Assembly (NCBI GenBank): GCA_038078835.1
Contig: JBBTQI010000005.1
Coordinates: 43,901-107,900, forward strand
DNA: 64,000 nt
Direction of reading: 5' to 3'
DNA from: Patescibacteria group bacterium
GTDB lineage: Bacteria > Patescibacteriota > UBA1384 > XYA2-FULL-43-10 > 1-14-0-10-43-13
Below are positions 25,483 through 34,305 of this stretch, in pieces; the stretch's first letter is position 1; the number at the start of each line of letters is the position of its first letter. The translations under genes were made by a program, and so were the position numbers. The notes beneath the pieces were generated by a model. That model was not told the DNA's origin. It made no database searches and was given only the letters and a program-made list of their open reading frames with translations.

Positions 25483-27639
25483 CTATTTTGCGGGGTCTTC
25501 CCAGGTCGCGTATTTGCACTTGGGATAGCGGGAACAGCCCCAAAAAACCCGGCCCTTCTTCGTCCGGCGCTGAATAACCTCGCCCTCTTGGCACTCTGGA
25601 CACTTCTGACCGAATTTCTCAACAATTGATTTTGTGTTCTTGCACTTGGGGTAATTCTCGCAAGCCAAAAATTTACCAAAGCGCCCCTCCTTAATAATCA
25701 TCCGGCTGGAGCATTTCTCGCACTTCTCACCCTCGGCCTCGGAGAGTTTTTGAACTTCGCCGTCATCAACCACCAGAGAAGATTTCTTTTCCGCTTTTGA
25801 TTCGAGGGGCTTGGAAAACTTACACTCCGGATAGCCGGAACAAGCCATAAATTTGCCGAAGCGCCCCAGACGAATGACAATCGGCTTGCCGCACTCCGGG
25901 CACTTCTCCTTCGTCTCCTCCACCGGCACAATATCGCTCTTGTCGATCTCCTTGTTTTTCGCGCTGAGATTTTTAGCAAAGGGCTCGTAAAAATCGCGGA
26001 TAACCGGCACCCACTCCCGCTTGCCCTCGGCCACATCATCCAGTTCATCCTCCATCTTGGCCGTAAATTGATAGTCGACGATATCGGCAAAGTGTTTGAT
26101 CAAAAGATCGGTCACAATCTCGGCAATCTCGGTGGGCAGCAACCTTTTTTGCTCGGAGACGACATAACCGCGATCCTGAATGGTGGAGATCGTCGGGGCG
26201 TAGGTGGAGGGTCGGCCAATACCCAGACTCTCCAGCTTTTTGACCAGGGTCGCCTCGGTGTAGCGCTTGGACGGCTCGGTGAATTTTTGATCGGCAATCA
26301 AATTATGGCATTCCAGCTTTTCGTTATTGGCTAGTTGCGGCAATTCACCGCCCGAGGCTTCAATTTCGTCATCCTTGCCCTCGGTATAGAGCCTGATAAA
26401 ACCATCAAAAAACAAACGCTCCCCCTTGGCGAGAAAAACGAATTTTTCTTTAGTCTCGGGGGATATTCTGGCGTCAATTACCTCAAAGACGGCCGGTCTC
26501 ATCTGCGAGGCAAGGGTTCTCCGCCAGATAATATCATAAAGTTTCTGTTCCCTGGCATCGCTCGAGACCTTCTCTCCGCCAGCCGGCGGATCAAAATGGG
26601 TTGGTCGGATCGCCTCGTGCGCTTCCTGCGCCCGCTTGGTTTTAGTGTGGTATGTTTGAGATACGGCCGGCAGGTATGCGGCGCCAAAGCGACTGCTTAT
26701 AATACCGCGAATTGCTTTCACGGCTTCAGTTGAGAGATTGGTGGAGTCGGTACGCATATAGGTAATGTGACCGTTTTCGTAGAGTTTCTGGGCCAGCATC
26801 ATTGTCTGTTTGGCGGAAAACCCGAGCTTGCGCGAGGCCTCCATCTGTAGAGTTGAGGTGATAAAAGGGGCCGCCGGCCGACGCTCCGCCTCCCGCTTCT
26901 CCACCGCCAGAACTTTATAGTTTGCATCCTTAAGGGCACGTTTGATTTCCTCAGCCGTTTTCTTGTCTTTGATGTCGAGCTTGCCGACCGATTTGCCGTC
27001 CCACTCAATTAAAAACGCCCGAAAGATTTGATCGTCATTGATTTTAGAGAGGTCGACAGCCAAAACCCAGTACTCCCTGGGCTTAAAACCTCTGATCTCC
27101 CGCTCCCGCTCAACAATCAATCGAACGGCGACCGACTGGACCCGGCCGGCTGACAAGCCCGATTTCACCTTTCGCCACAACAGGGGTGAGAGCTTGTAGC
27201 CAACCAGGCGGTCCAAGACGCGGCGGGCCTGCTGGGCATCAACCAAACGAAGATCAATCCCCCGCGGCTGTGCCACCGCCCGCTCGATAGCCGACTTGGT
27301 TATCTCCGAAAAAACGATGCGCTTCACCCGCGAGTCATCCGGTTTAATTTTAAGCGCATAAAGCAAATGCCAAGAGATGGCTTCACCTTCGCGGTCTAAA
27401 TCAGTGGCTAGATATATCGAGCCGGCATTGTTGGCAGCTTTTTTTAACTCCGATATAACTTTCTTAACCTTGGGCACGATTTGGTAATCAGGGACAAAAT
27501 CATTCTTGATATCAACACCGAGTTCTTTCTGCGGCAAATCGCGCACATGACCAAAAGAGGCCAGAACCTTAAAATCCTTGCCCAAGTATTTTTCGATTGT
27601 CTTCGCCTTCGCCGGCGATTCTACAATAACAAGATTCAT
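25483..27639 (-). CDS. topA: DNA topoisomerase I
   Basis: IVESPAKAKTI, DLDREGE, SAGRVQS, ITYMRTDS, three C-terminal zinc ribbons. Confidence 0.98.
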   Translation of the reverse strand: MNLVIVESPAKAKTIEKYLGKDFKVLASFGHVRDLPQKELGVDIKNDFVPDYQIVPKVKKVISELKKAANNAGSIYLATDLDREGEAISWHLLYALKIKPDDSRVKRIVFSEITKSAIERAVAQPRGIDLRLVDAQQARRVLDRLVGYKLSPLLWRKVKSGLSAGRVQSVAVRLIVEREREIRGFKPREYWVLAVDLSKINDDQIFRAFLIEWDGKSVGKLDIKDKKTAEEIKRALKDANYKVLAVEKREAERRPAAPFITSTLQMEASRKLGFSAKQTMMLAQKLYENGHITYMRTDSTNLSTEAVKAIRGIISSRFGAAYLPAVSQTYHTKTKRAQEAHEAIRPTHFDPPAGGEKVSSDAREQKLYDIIWRRTLASQMRPAVFEVIDARISPETKEKFVFLAKGERLFFDGFIRLYTEGKDDEIEASGGELPQLANNEKLECHNLIADQKFTEPSKRYTEATLVKKLESLGIGRPSTYAPTISTIQDRGYVVSEQKRLLPTEIAEIVTDLLIKHFADIVDYQFTAKMEDELDDVAEGKREWVPVIRDFYEPFAKNLSAKNKEIDKSDIVPVEETKEKCPECGKPIVIRLGRFGKFMACSGYPECKFSKPLESKAEKKSSLVVDDGEVQKLSEAEGEKCEKCSSRMIIKEGRFGKFLACENYPKCKNTKSIVEKFGQKCPECQEGEVIQRRTKKGRVFWGCSRYPKCKYATWEDPAK

Positions 27640-27677
27640 AGATTTAATTGTCCCAGAATTCTTATATCACCATTTGC

Positions 27678-28766
27678 TTAACTGATTTTTCTGTAACGAC
27701 CGCCGCCAATATTTTCAATCATACCTTTCATCTCCAACATTGTCAAAGCGGTGTTGATGGCAATGATGTTTAATTTGCTCTCTAAAACCAAGTTATCAAC
27801 CGCCTGTTCGCCTGAGCTCAATAGGGCTAATATTACGCTCTCCTCCGCCGTTTCCGGCAAAATTTCCCTGGCCTTAACCTGCGCCTCTTTAAGCTGAACC
27901 GGCAGCTCCTCCAAAATGTCCTCGATCGACATAACCAGCTTGGCGCCTTTCTGAATTAGTAAGTTTGTACCCTTGGAATAAGGCGAATCAATCGGTCCGG
28001 GCACGGCAAAGACCTCGCGGTTGTACTCCAGGGCCGCCAGCGCGGTGATAAGCGACCCCGACTCCTCCCCCGCTTCGATAACGAGAGTGCCGAGAGTTAA
28101 GCCGGCGATGATGCGATTACGAGCCGGGAAATTGGAGGGATAAGCAGGCGTGCCGGGTGGAAATTCCGAGACAACTGCCCCGCCCGAATCGATAATTTCG
28201 CGGGCCAAAGAAAGGTGGCTTCCGGGATAAACCCGATCCAGGCCGCAACCCAGCACTGCAACGGTAGTGCCGGCCGATTTGAGAGCAACCCGATGGGCCT
28301 CGCCATCGATTCCCAGGGCCAAGCCAGACACAATAGAGAGATCGGCCCCAACGCACTGGCGGGTCAACTCCCCCACGACCCTCCGGCCATAGTGAGTGTA
28401 TTTGCGGCTGCCCACAATGGAGATTCCGGTCGCCTTGAGAGCCGCAGCATCGCCCCGGAGGTAGAGAATCGCCGGAGCGTCGGGAATTTCGGCCAAAAGC
28501 GGCGGATAAACCTTATCATACAAAGTAAGATAACCGATATTTAGCTTTTGTAGGCGCTCAATCTCCTGAGCCGGGGAAAACCTGGATCGAGCCTCCAGAA
28601 ACAGACCGGCGATTTTGGGCCCAAGACTCTGACTGATTGCCGTCTCGCCTAACCGCCAAGCTTTTTCCAGATCAGAAAAAACCGCCAGGATCTTCTTGAT
28701 TGTCTGACCACCGATCTTTTCGTGAGCGCTTAGAGCTAAAATAAAAGGAGTATTTTTTTCTTTCAT
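27678..28766 (-). CDS. dprA: DNA-processing protein DprA
   Basis: IVGSR, VSGLALGID, FPARNRIIAG, VFAVPG. Confidence 0.97.
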   Translation of the reverse strand: MKEKNTPFILALSAHEKIGGQTIKKILAVFSDLEKAWRLGETAISQSLGPKIAGLFLEARSRFSPAQEIERLQKLNIGYLTLYDKVYPPLLAEIPDAPAILYLRGDAAALKATGISIVGSRKYTHYGRRVVGELTRQCVGADLSIVSGLALGIDGEAHRVALKSAGTTVAVLGCGLDRVYPGSHLSLAREIIDSGGAVVSEFPPGTPAYPSNFPARNRIIAGLTLGTLVIEAGEESGSLITALAALEYNREVFAVPGPIDSPYSKGTNLLIQKGAKLVMSIEDILEELPVQLKEAQVKAREILPETAEESVILALLSSGEQAVDNLVLESKLNIIAINTALTMLEMKGMIENIGGGRYRKIS

Positions 28767-28900
28767 CCGTGTTTCATAATATCAATTTTTACCCAAGAGA
28801 GTAAGTCAGGGGGTTGGCTATTTTTTCGTTCTCATATATCACTTTGGGTGAAAATGTGGTAATATTTTCTTCGAAGTCCACAAGAAGGGAGGTAGCGAAC

Positions 28901-29284
28901 GTGGCCTATGTTGCTGTTTTCGTGGTTGATGGGCAAAACCGGATTCTGGCAATTCAGTCACCGCCCCAAACCAACTGGAATGTTCCATTAATGGAAAAAT
29001 CCGGCAGTGGGACACCAATAAGTCAGGCTCGGTTCCTGCTTAGACAACTAGGCGTACCCAACCAACCCAATCTCATTCTGGGCGGTAAATGTGATCCGAG
29101 TAAGAGAACACCTGATCACTTTTGTCTGGTGTCGGTCCGGGATGGTCAACCCATTTCTCTGCCCCGGGGAACACAACATCGCTGGGTAACATTGAGGGAA
29201 TTCTACCAGCTGCATCCCGAGTCCCAGACATGGGAGGGACTCAGTCGAATGGCGGTCCCCCTGACAGCGGGGGGTATTTCGTGA
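28901..29284 (+). CDS. Nudix-fold-like protein with a degenerate Nudix box
   Basis: GTG start after RBS AGGGAGGT; VAVFVVDGQNRILAIQ..W.VP..RWVTLRE; followed by a hairpin. Confidence 0.6.
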   Translation: MAYVAVFVVDGQNRILAIQSPPQTNWNVPLMEKSGSGTPISQARFLLRQLGVPNQPNLILGGKCDPSKRTPDHFCLVSVRDGQPISLPRGTQHRWVTLREFYQLHPESQTWEGLSRMAVPLTAGGIS

Positions 29285-29341
29285 GTATGCACTTCTCGCT
29301 CCGCACTGACCATTGGTCGGTCCGGAGCAAGACCGGAGAAA

Positions 29342-31204
29342 TTAATCAGAATTTGATTGATGGTTCCGGTCTTTTTTGATGCGATCGACCGCCATTTTTA
29401 AGAGTTTCGAGTAAAGAACGAGTCCGACCGCTTCCATGCTGCCGTGCTGTTCACGCCCCAGGATGTTGCCGCCGCCGCGGATTTCCAAATCAGAAAGGGC
29501 GATATTAAAACCGGAACCCAGTTCGGTGTTTTCCGCCAGGGACTTGAGTCGCTTCACCGCATTATCGGTGATTTTTTTATTGCCGTAAGTTAGAAGAGCG
29601 TAAGCTTGGCGAGCACTCCGGCCGATCCGGCCGCGAATCTGATAGAGTTGAGCCAAACCAAAATGATCGGCCTCCTCTACAATTAAAGTGTTGACATTCG
29701 ATAAATCAAGACCGTTCTCAATAATGGTCGAGCAAACAAGAAGCTGAATCTGACCGGCGGTAAACCGGCTCATCACCCGGGCCAACCTCTCCTCCGGCAA
29801 TTGACCGTGCGCCACCTCGATGGCAACTCCCGGAAAAAGTTTTTTGAGTTGAATTTTTTTGCCCTCAATTGTCGCCACCTCGTTGTGGAGGTAATAAATC
29901 TGCCCGCCCCGGGCAACTTCGCGGTTGATATAGCCCCTGATCTTGTCCTCGTTCCAACGCGTAATCTCCGTCGTAATTGCCTTGCGGCCGCCGGGCGGTG
30001 TGTTGATTTGCGAGATGTCGCGAATACCCGCAAGAGACATAAAGAGTGTCCGGGGAATTGGCGTGGCAGAGAGCGTCAAGACATTCACCTCGGCACGCAT
30101 CCTTTTAAGCCTCTCCTTCTGCTTGACTCCGAAACGCTGCTCTTCATCAATAATGAAGAGGCCGAGATTTTTAAGATTGATATCCTTGCCCAGCAATCGA
30201 TGAGTACCGATTAGAATATCGATTCGACCCGCCGCTAATAATTCGGTAATTTTCTGCTGTTCCGCCGATTGAACAAAACGGCTTAAATGTTCAATCACCG
30301 CCGGTAAGTTCGAAAATCGCTGGCGAAAATTGACGAGGTGCTGCTCGACTAAAATTGTCGTTGGTACCAGCATCACCACCTGATAACCGTTAGCCGCCGC
30401 TTGAGCCGCGGCGCGAATTGCTACTTCGGTCTTGCCAAAACCGACATCGCCGGAGATGAGTCGATCCATCGGAACATTTTTGACCAGGTCGCCGAATGTC
30501 GCCGCGACCGCTTCGGCCTGATCCGGCGTATCGATATAGGGAAAGGTCCCGATTATCTCCTCATTCCAATGCTTGTCGATTTTCCACCTCTCCCGCTGAG
30601 ATATTTCCCGCGCGGCATATAAATCAAGCAGTTCTCGTGCCAACTTTATGACATTTTCATACGTTTTTTTGTAGGTCTTCTGCCAGCTCTGACTGCCAAG
30701 GCGACTCAATTTTGGCTTGCGCCGCCCAACACCGATATAGGAGGAGAGTTTTTCTGCCATCTCCGGCGGCACGTAGAGCATATCGCCATTTAGATATTCA
30801 AGGAAAAGATAGGCCCTATCCTGCCTGTCAACCTGCTTGGTACCAATGCAGCGAAAGCGGCCGACGCCATGGTCTTCGTGAACAATGAATTCGCCCGGAC
30901 GGATTCGGCTGCCATCCGGCAAGATCAGAACATTGGCCGCAATCTCCGCCTCCTCCGTCTGAGAGATTTTCTTGCCCGTGCTTCCATCAAAACTTGCGAT
31001 GGATTCAAGCTCCGGACCAAAAAACTCTAACCGAAGCGGGACAGCGGCAGAAGCGGCGAAAATCGAGAGTGTCCCGCCAAGAAGACTAAACTGCCCCGGA
31101 AACTCGATTGTCTCGACCCGTTCATAACCAAAATCGATCAGTTTGCCTGCTAAATCACCGGGGTTGTATTTTTCGCCAACTTTTAGCTTAAAGTCCTTAG
31201 CCAT
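29342..31204 (-). CDS. mfd: Transcription-repair coupling factor, short form
   Basis: CarD/RID VHEDHGVG, GDVGFGKTE, DEEQRFG, LSATPIPRT, QIRGRIGRS, DLEIRGGGN. Confidence 0.95.
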   Translation of the reverse strand: MAKDFKLKVGEKYNPGDLAGKLIDFGYERVETIEFPGQFSLLGGTLSIFAASAAVPLRLEFFGPELESIASFDGSTGKKISQTEEAEIAANVLILPDGSRIRPGEFIVHEDHGVGRFRCIGTKQVDRQDRAYLFLEYLNGDMLYVPPEMAEKLSSYIGVGRRKPKLSRLGSQSWQKTYKKTYENVIKLARELLDLYAAREISQRERWKIDKHWNEEIIGTFPYIDTPDQAEAVAATFGDLVKNVPMDRLISGDVGFGKTEVAIRAAAQAAANGYQVVMLVPTTILVEQHLVNFRQRFSNLPAVIEHLSRFVQSAEQQKITELLAAGRIDILIGTHRLLGKDINLKNLGLFIIDEEQRFGVKQKERLKRMRAEVNVLTLSATPIPRTLFMSLAGIRDISQINTPPGGRKAITTEITRWNEDKIRGYINREVARGGQIYYLHNEVATIEGKKIQLKKLFPGVAIEVAHGQLPEERLARVMSRFTAGQIQLLVCSTIIENGLDLSNVNTLIVEEADHFGLAQLYQIRGRIGRSARQAYALLTYGNKKITDNAVKRLKSLAENTELGSGFNIALSDLEIRGGGNILGREQHGSMEAVGLVLYSKLLKMAVDRIKKDRNHQSNSD

Positions 31205-31379
31205 CGTTCGATTTTAACACATCTTGCCGTACCCTGTCAGGCGCCGCCACAAGACCCTTGGCTGTACGGTATCATCTTATAGATACAAAAAATACTCACT
31301 TGCTCACGATCGGAAACAAAATGAGTAATTTTTATCGAAGTTGTTTTGTTATAATGACTTGTTTAAATTGGCGCCAACT

Positions 31380-31811
31380 TTAACCTTTTTCAACTTCAAC
31401 GCCCATACTGCGGGCGGTGCCGGCAACTATCTTCATCGCCGCCTCAACATCGTTGGCATTAAGATCAGTCATTTTCGTTTCGGCAATCTCTCTCAGTTGA
31501 GCCTGTGTCAACTTCTTGGCCAATTTATTTTTTTTGGAGTTGTCGGCCCCCTTTGGCACACCAAGCGCCTTTTTAATCAGCACTGCCGCCGGAGGTGTCT
31601 TTAGGCGAAAAGCATAGGTGCGATCCTCGTAAACCGTGATCTCAACCGGAATAATAGTATCACCCAGTCCCCTCGTCTGCTCGTTAAACGCCTGAGTAAA
31701 CTCCATAATATTCAAACCATGCTGGCCCAAGGCCGGGCCAACCGGCGGTGCCGGAGTTGCTTTGCCCGCCGGAATCTGAAGTTTTAAAATTGTTTTAACT
31801 GTCTTCGCCAT
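31380..31811 (-). CDS. rplK: 50S ribosomal protein L11
   Basis: [21 protein letters not shown]. Confidence 0.98.
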   Translation of the reverse strand: MAKTVKTILKLQIPAGKATPAPPVGPALGQHGLNIMEFTQAFNEQTRGLGDTIIPVEITVYEDRTYAFRLKTPPAAVLIKKALGVPKGADNSKKNKLAKKLTQAQLREIAETKMTDLNANDVEAAMKIVAGTARSMGVEVEKG

Positions 31812-31832
31812 CGTTACTCCGTAACCGCACAA

Positions 31833-31913
31833 ATGGATAACTAATAACCTAAATGACTAATGACGAATGAATTTATTAGTTATTCGTCATTAGGACTAAT
31901 TTGTCATCCGTTT
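31833..31913. repeat. Degenerate 8-mer inverted repeat (GGATAACTAAT..ATTTGTCATCC)
   Basis: Related to 43839..43935. Confidence 0.65.
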
Positions 31914-31918
31914 CTGCT

Positions 31919-32557
31919 TTAAACTTTTTTAACTTGCAAAAAATCTAATGCCACTGGTGTCTCGCGGCCGAACATACTAACCAAAACCTTAATCTTGCCG
32001 CGATCCTGATCAATCTCTTCAACCTTGCCCTCAAAACCCTTGAGTGCCCCGTCGGTAATCTTGACTAAATCTCCCTCACGGAAATCAATTTTGAACTTCG
32101 GCTCCTCAACACCCATTCTCTTTCGAATCCGGTCAATCTCCTCTTTAGACATCGGTGTCGGCCGAACGCCAAAACCGATAAATCCGGTCACATTGGGCGT
32201 GTTTCGGACAACGTACCAGGAGTCATCAGTCACCACCATATCAACCAAGACATAGCCCGGGAAAATCCTCTTTTCGACCACGCGGCGCTTACCGTTTTTT
32301 ATCTCAATCTGTTTCTCCTTGGGCACAATAACATTGAAAATCTTGTCTTGCATTCCCATTGAGTCTATTCTCTGCCGCAACGAGTCCTTAACCTGATCTT
32401 CGTAGCCGGAATAGGTATGAATAACATACCAGTTGCGCTCCCCTGATTGCTTTAGGGTTAGAAACTTCTTCTGGGGCGGCTTAGCTATCCCGTCGGCCCC
32501 ATTCGGTAACTCGGCAATTTTAACCTCTTGGTCTTTTTCTTGATCTTTTTTACTCAC
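31919..32557 (-). CDS. nusG: Transcription termination/antitermination factor NusG
   Basis: WYVIHTYSGYE, FPGYVLV, MFGRETPV. Confidence 0.98.
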   Translation of the reverse strand: MSKKDQEKDQEVKIAELPNGADGIAKPPQKKFLTLKQSGERNWYVIHTYSGYEDQVKDSLRQRIDSMGMQDKIFNVIVPKEKQIEIKNGKRRVVEKRIFPGYVLVDMVVTDDSWYVVRNTPNVTGFIGFGVRPTPMSKEEIDRIRKRMGVEEPKFKIDFREGDLVKITDGALKGFEGKVEEIDQDRGKIKVLVSMFGRETPVALDFLQVKKV

Positions 32558-32558
32558 G

Positions 32559-32753
32559 CTATCCCCTTTCTACAAGGTATTCAACCACTTGAGCCAGGCC
32601 GTAATCAACGGCGGCAGTGGTTGCTGTTGCGGTAACAACCGCCAAAATAACAATGACGGTGTTGTTGATCACCTCGGTTCGCGAGGGCCACTTAACCTTT
32701 TTTAACTCGCCCCAAGAATCAACAAAATATCGGGTTAGACGATTATTTTTCAT
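32559..32753 (-). CDS. secE: Preprotein translocase subunit SecE
   Basis: ELKKVKWPSR followed by a TM helix; upstream of nusG. Confidence 0.95.
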   Translation of the reverse strand: MKNNRLTRYFVDSWGELKKVKWPSRTEVINNTVIVILAVVTATATTAAVDYGLAQVVEYLVERG

Positions 32754-33069
32754 CTTTTCTTATTTCCAAAACTTTAATGCGAGTCAAATCTTCACGCTGG
32801 CCCAGAGTCCGCTTGTAGCGCTTTTTGGCGTGAAACTTAAAAACCCTGAGTTTTTTGCCGTGAAAATCACCCAGAACTTCGGCTGCCACTTTGGCTTGAC
32901 CCAGAGAGGGTTGACCGATGTTAACGTTTTTTTCATCGGCAATCAACAAAACATTATCAAAAATGATTTGATTGCCGCTTCTGTCAGCAGGCGCAACGAG
33001 ATCGATCTCGCACTCCCTGCCCGGTGTCAGTTTGTATTGGTTTCCTTTATATGAAACTATGGCGAACAT
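32743..33069 (-). CDS. rplU: 50S ribosomal protein L21
   Basis: MFAIVSYKGNQY, KKLRVFKFHAKKRY, GQR..T. Confidence 0.93.
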   Translation of the reverse strand: MFAIVSYKGNQYKLTPGRECEIDLVAPADRSGNQIIFDNVLLIADEKNVNIGQPSLGQAKVAAEVLGDFHGKKLRVFKFHAKKRYKRTLGQREDLTRIKVLEIRKDEK

Positions 33070-33180
33070 TATTACCCTGTTTCCTGTAAACTTACAAGGG
33101 CACAAAGCCCGGTTCAAACTAAAAAAGCCTGCTGGCCTATCTAGTAGATAGTTTAACAGAGACGCTCAAAAAGTCAAGGG

Positions 33181-34296
33181 CTAAAAGGTGAGTTTGTTGT
33201 GACGGATAAAAACACTCTGGACCAGGCCGATAAGAAAGAGGGTCATAATTAAAGACGTTCCGCCGGCCGAGAGGAGAGGCAGGGGTATGCCCGTCACCGG
33301 TGCAATGCCCAAATTCATACCAACGTTAATCGCAACCTGGAAGAAAAGCATGCCGGCACTCCCCAGAGAAAGCAGGACACCAAAATTATCCCGGGCAAAG
33401 CGAGCCAGACTAATCAACTTGCTAATAAGCGAAAGATACAAGAGAAGAAAAACGCTCGAACCGAGAAAGCCAAGGGACTCCGCCAAGCCGGCGAAGATAA
33501 AATCCGTGTGCGGTTCCGGCAAGAACCGCAACTGGCTCTGGCTCCCCCGCCCCAAACCCCTCCCCCACAGTTCACCCGCACCGGCAGAGATTTGAGCTTG
33601 GCGCACATTGTATCCGCTCCCGTAAGGATCAGAGTTGGGAAAAATAAAAGTTAAAATCCGGTTTCGCTGATAATCTTTAAGGATATCCTCAAAGGGTCCA
33701 ATACGAAAAGCGGAAAGGAAAAAGGTGCTTGATATCAGAATAATAAGACAAGCAAATGTGGCAATCTGCCAACGTGTTGGCCGAGAGGCCAAAAGGATAA
33801 CAAAATAGACAAAACAAATCACGATCGCCGTACCCAAGTCGGGTTCGCGCAGAATCAGGACGAGAGGCAAAGCCAGAATGATAATCGAGAGCAAGATATC
33901 AAACCATTTTATCTTTTTGATTCGCCTGGAAAAAAACGCGGAGAGATAAACCACCATAAAAACTTTTGCCACCTCGGATGGCTGAATTTGAAAAAACCCG
34001 AGATAGAGCCAGTTTCTGGCACCATTGACCGTTTTGCCGAAAAGCTCGACAGCGATCAAGAGAATAATCGAACAAAGATAAAAAACCCAACTTGTTCCGC
34101 GGAAAAAGCGATAATCAACAAAACCAATCGCTATCATCACAAACACGCCAATCAGCGCGTAAATCAACTGGCGAGTTGCCACCACGATCTCGTCGCTGCC
34201 AAAGACAAGACTATAGATCATTGAAACGCTGGTAGTGACAAAAATAAGAGGAATAAGATAGAGGGCAATATCAAATGTTTTAATTTTCTTCGGCAC
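33181..34296 (-). CDS. rodA: Rod shape-determining SEDS protein
   Basis: QPSEVAK, EPDLGT, LPEPHTDFIF, PVTGIPLP; GYNVRQA favours RodA over FtsW. Confidence 0.88.
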   Translation of the reverse strand: MPKKIKTFDIALYLIPLIFVTTSVSMIYSLVFGSDEIVVATRQLIYALIGVFVMIAIGFVDYRFFRGTSWVFYLCSIILLIAVELFGKTVNGARNWLYLGFFQIQPSEVAKVFMVVYLSAFFSRRIKKIKWFDILLSIIILALPLVLILREPDLGTAIVICFVYFVILLASRPTRWQIATFACLIILISSTFFLSAFRIGPFEDILKDYQRNRILTFIFPNSDPYGSGYNVRQAQISAGAGELWGRGLGRGSQSQLRFLPEPHTDFIFAGLAESLGFLGSSVFLLLYLSLISKLISLARFARDNFGVLLSLGSAGMLFFQVAINVGMNLGIAPVTGIPLPLLSAGGTSLIMTLFLIGLVQSVFIRHNKLTF

Positions 34297-34305
34297 TCTA
34301 CCTCC

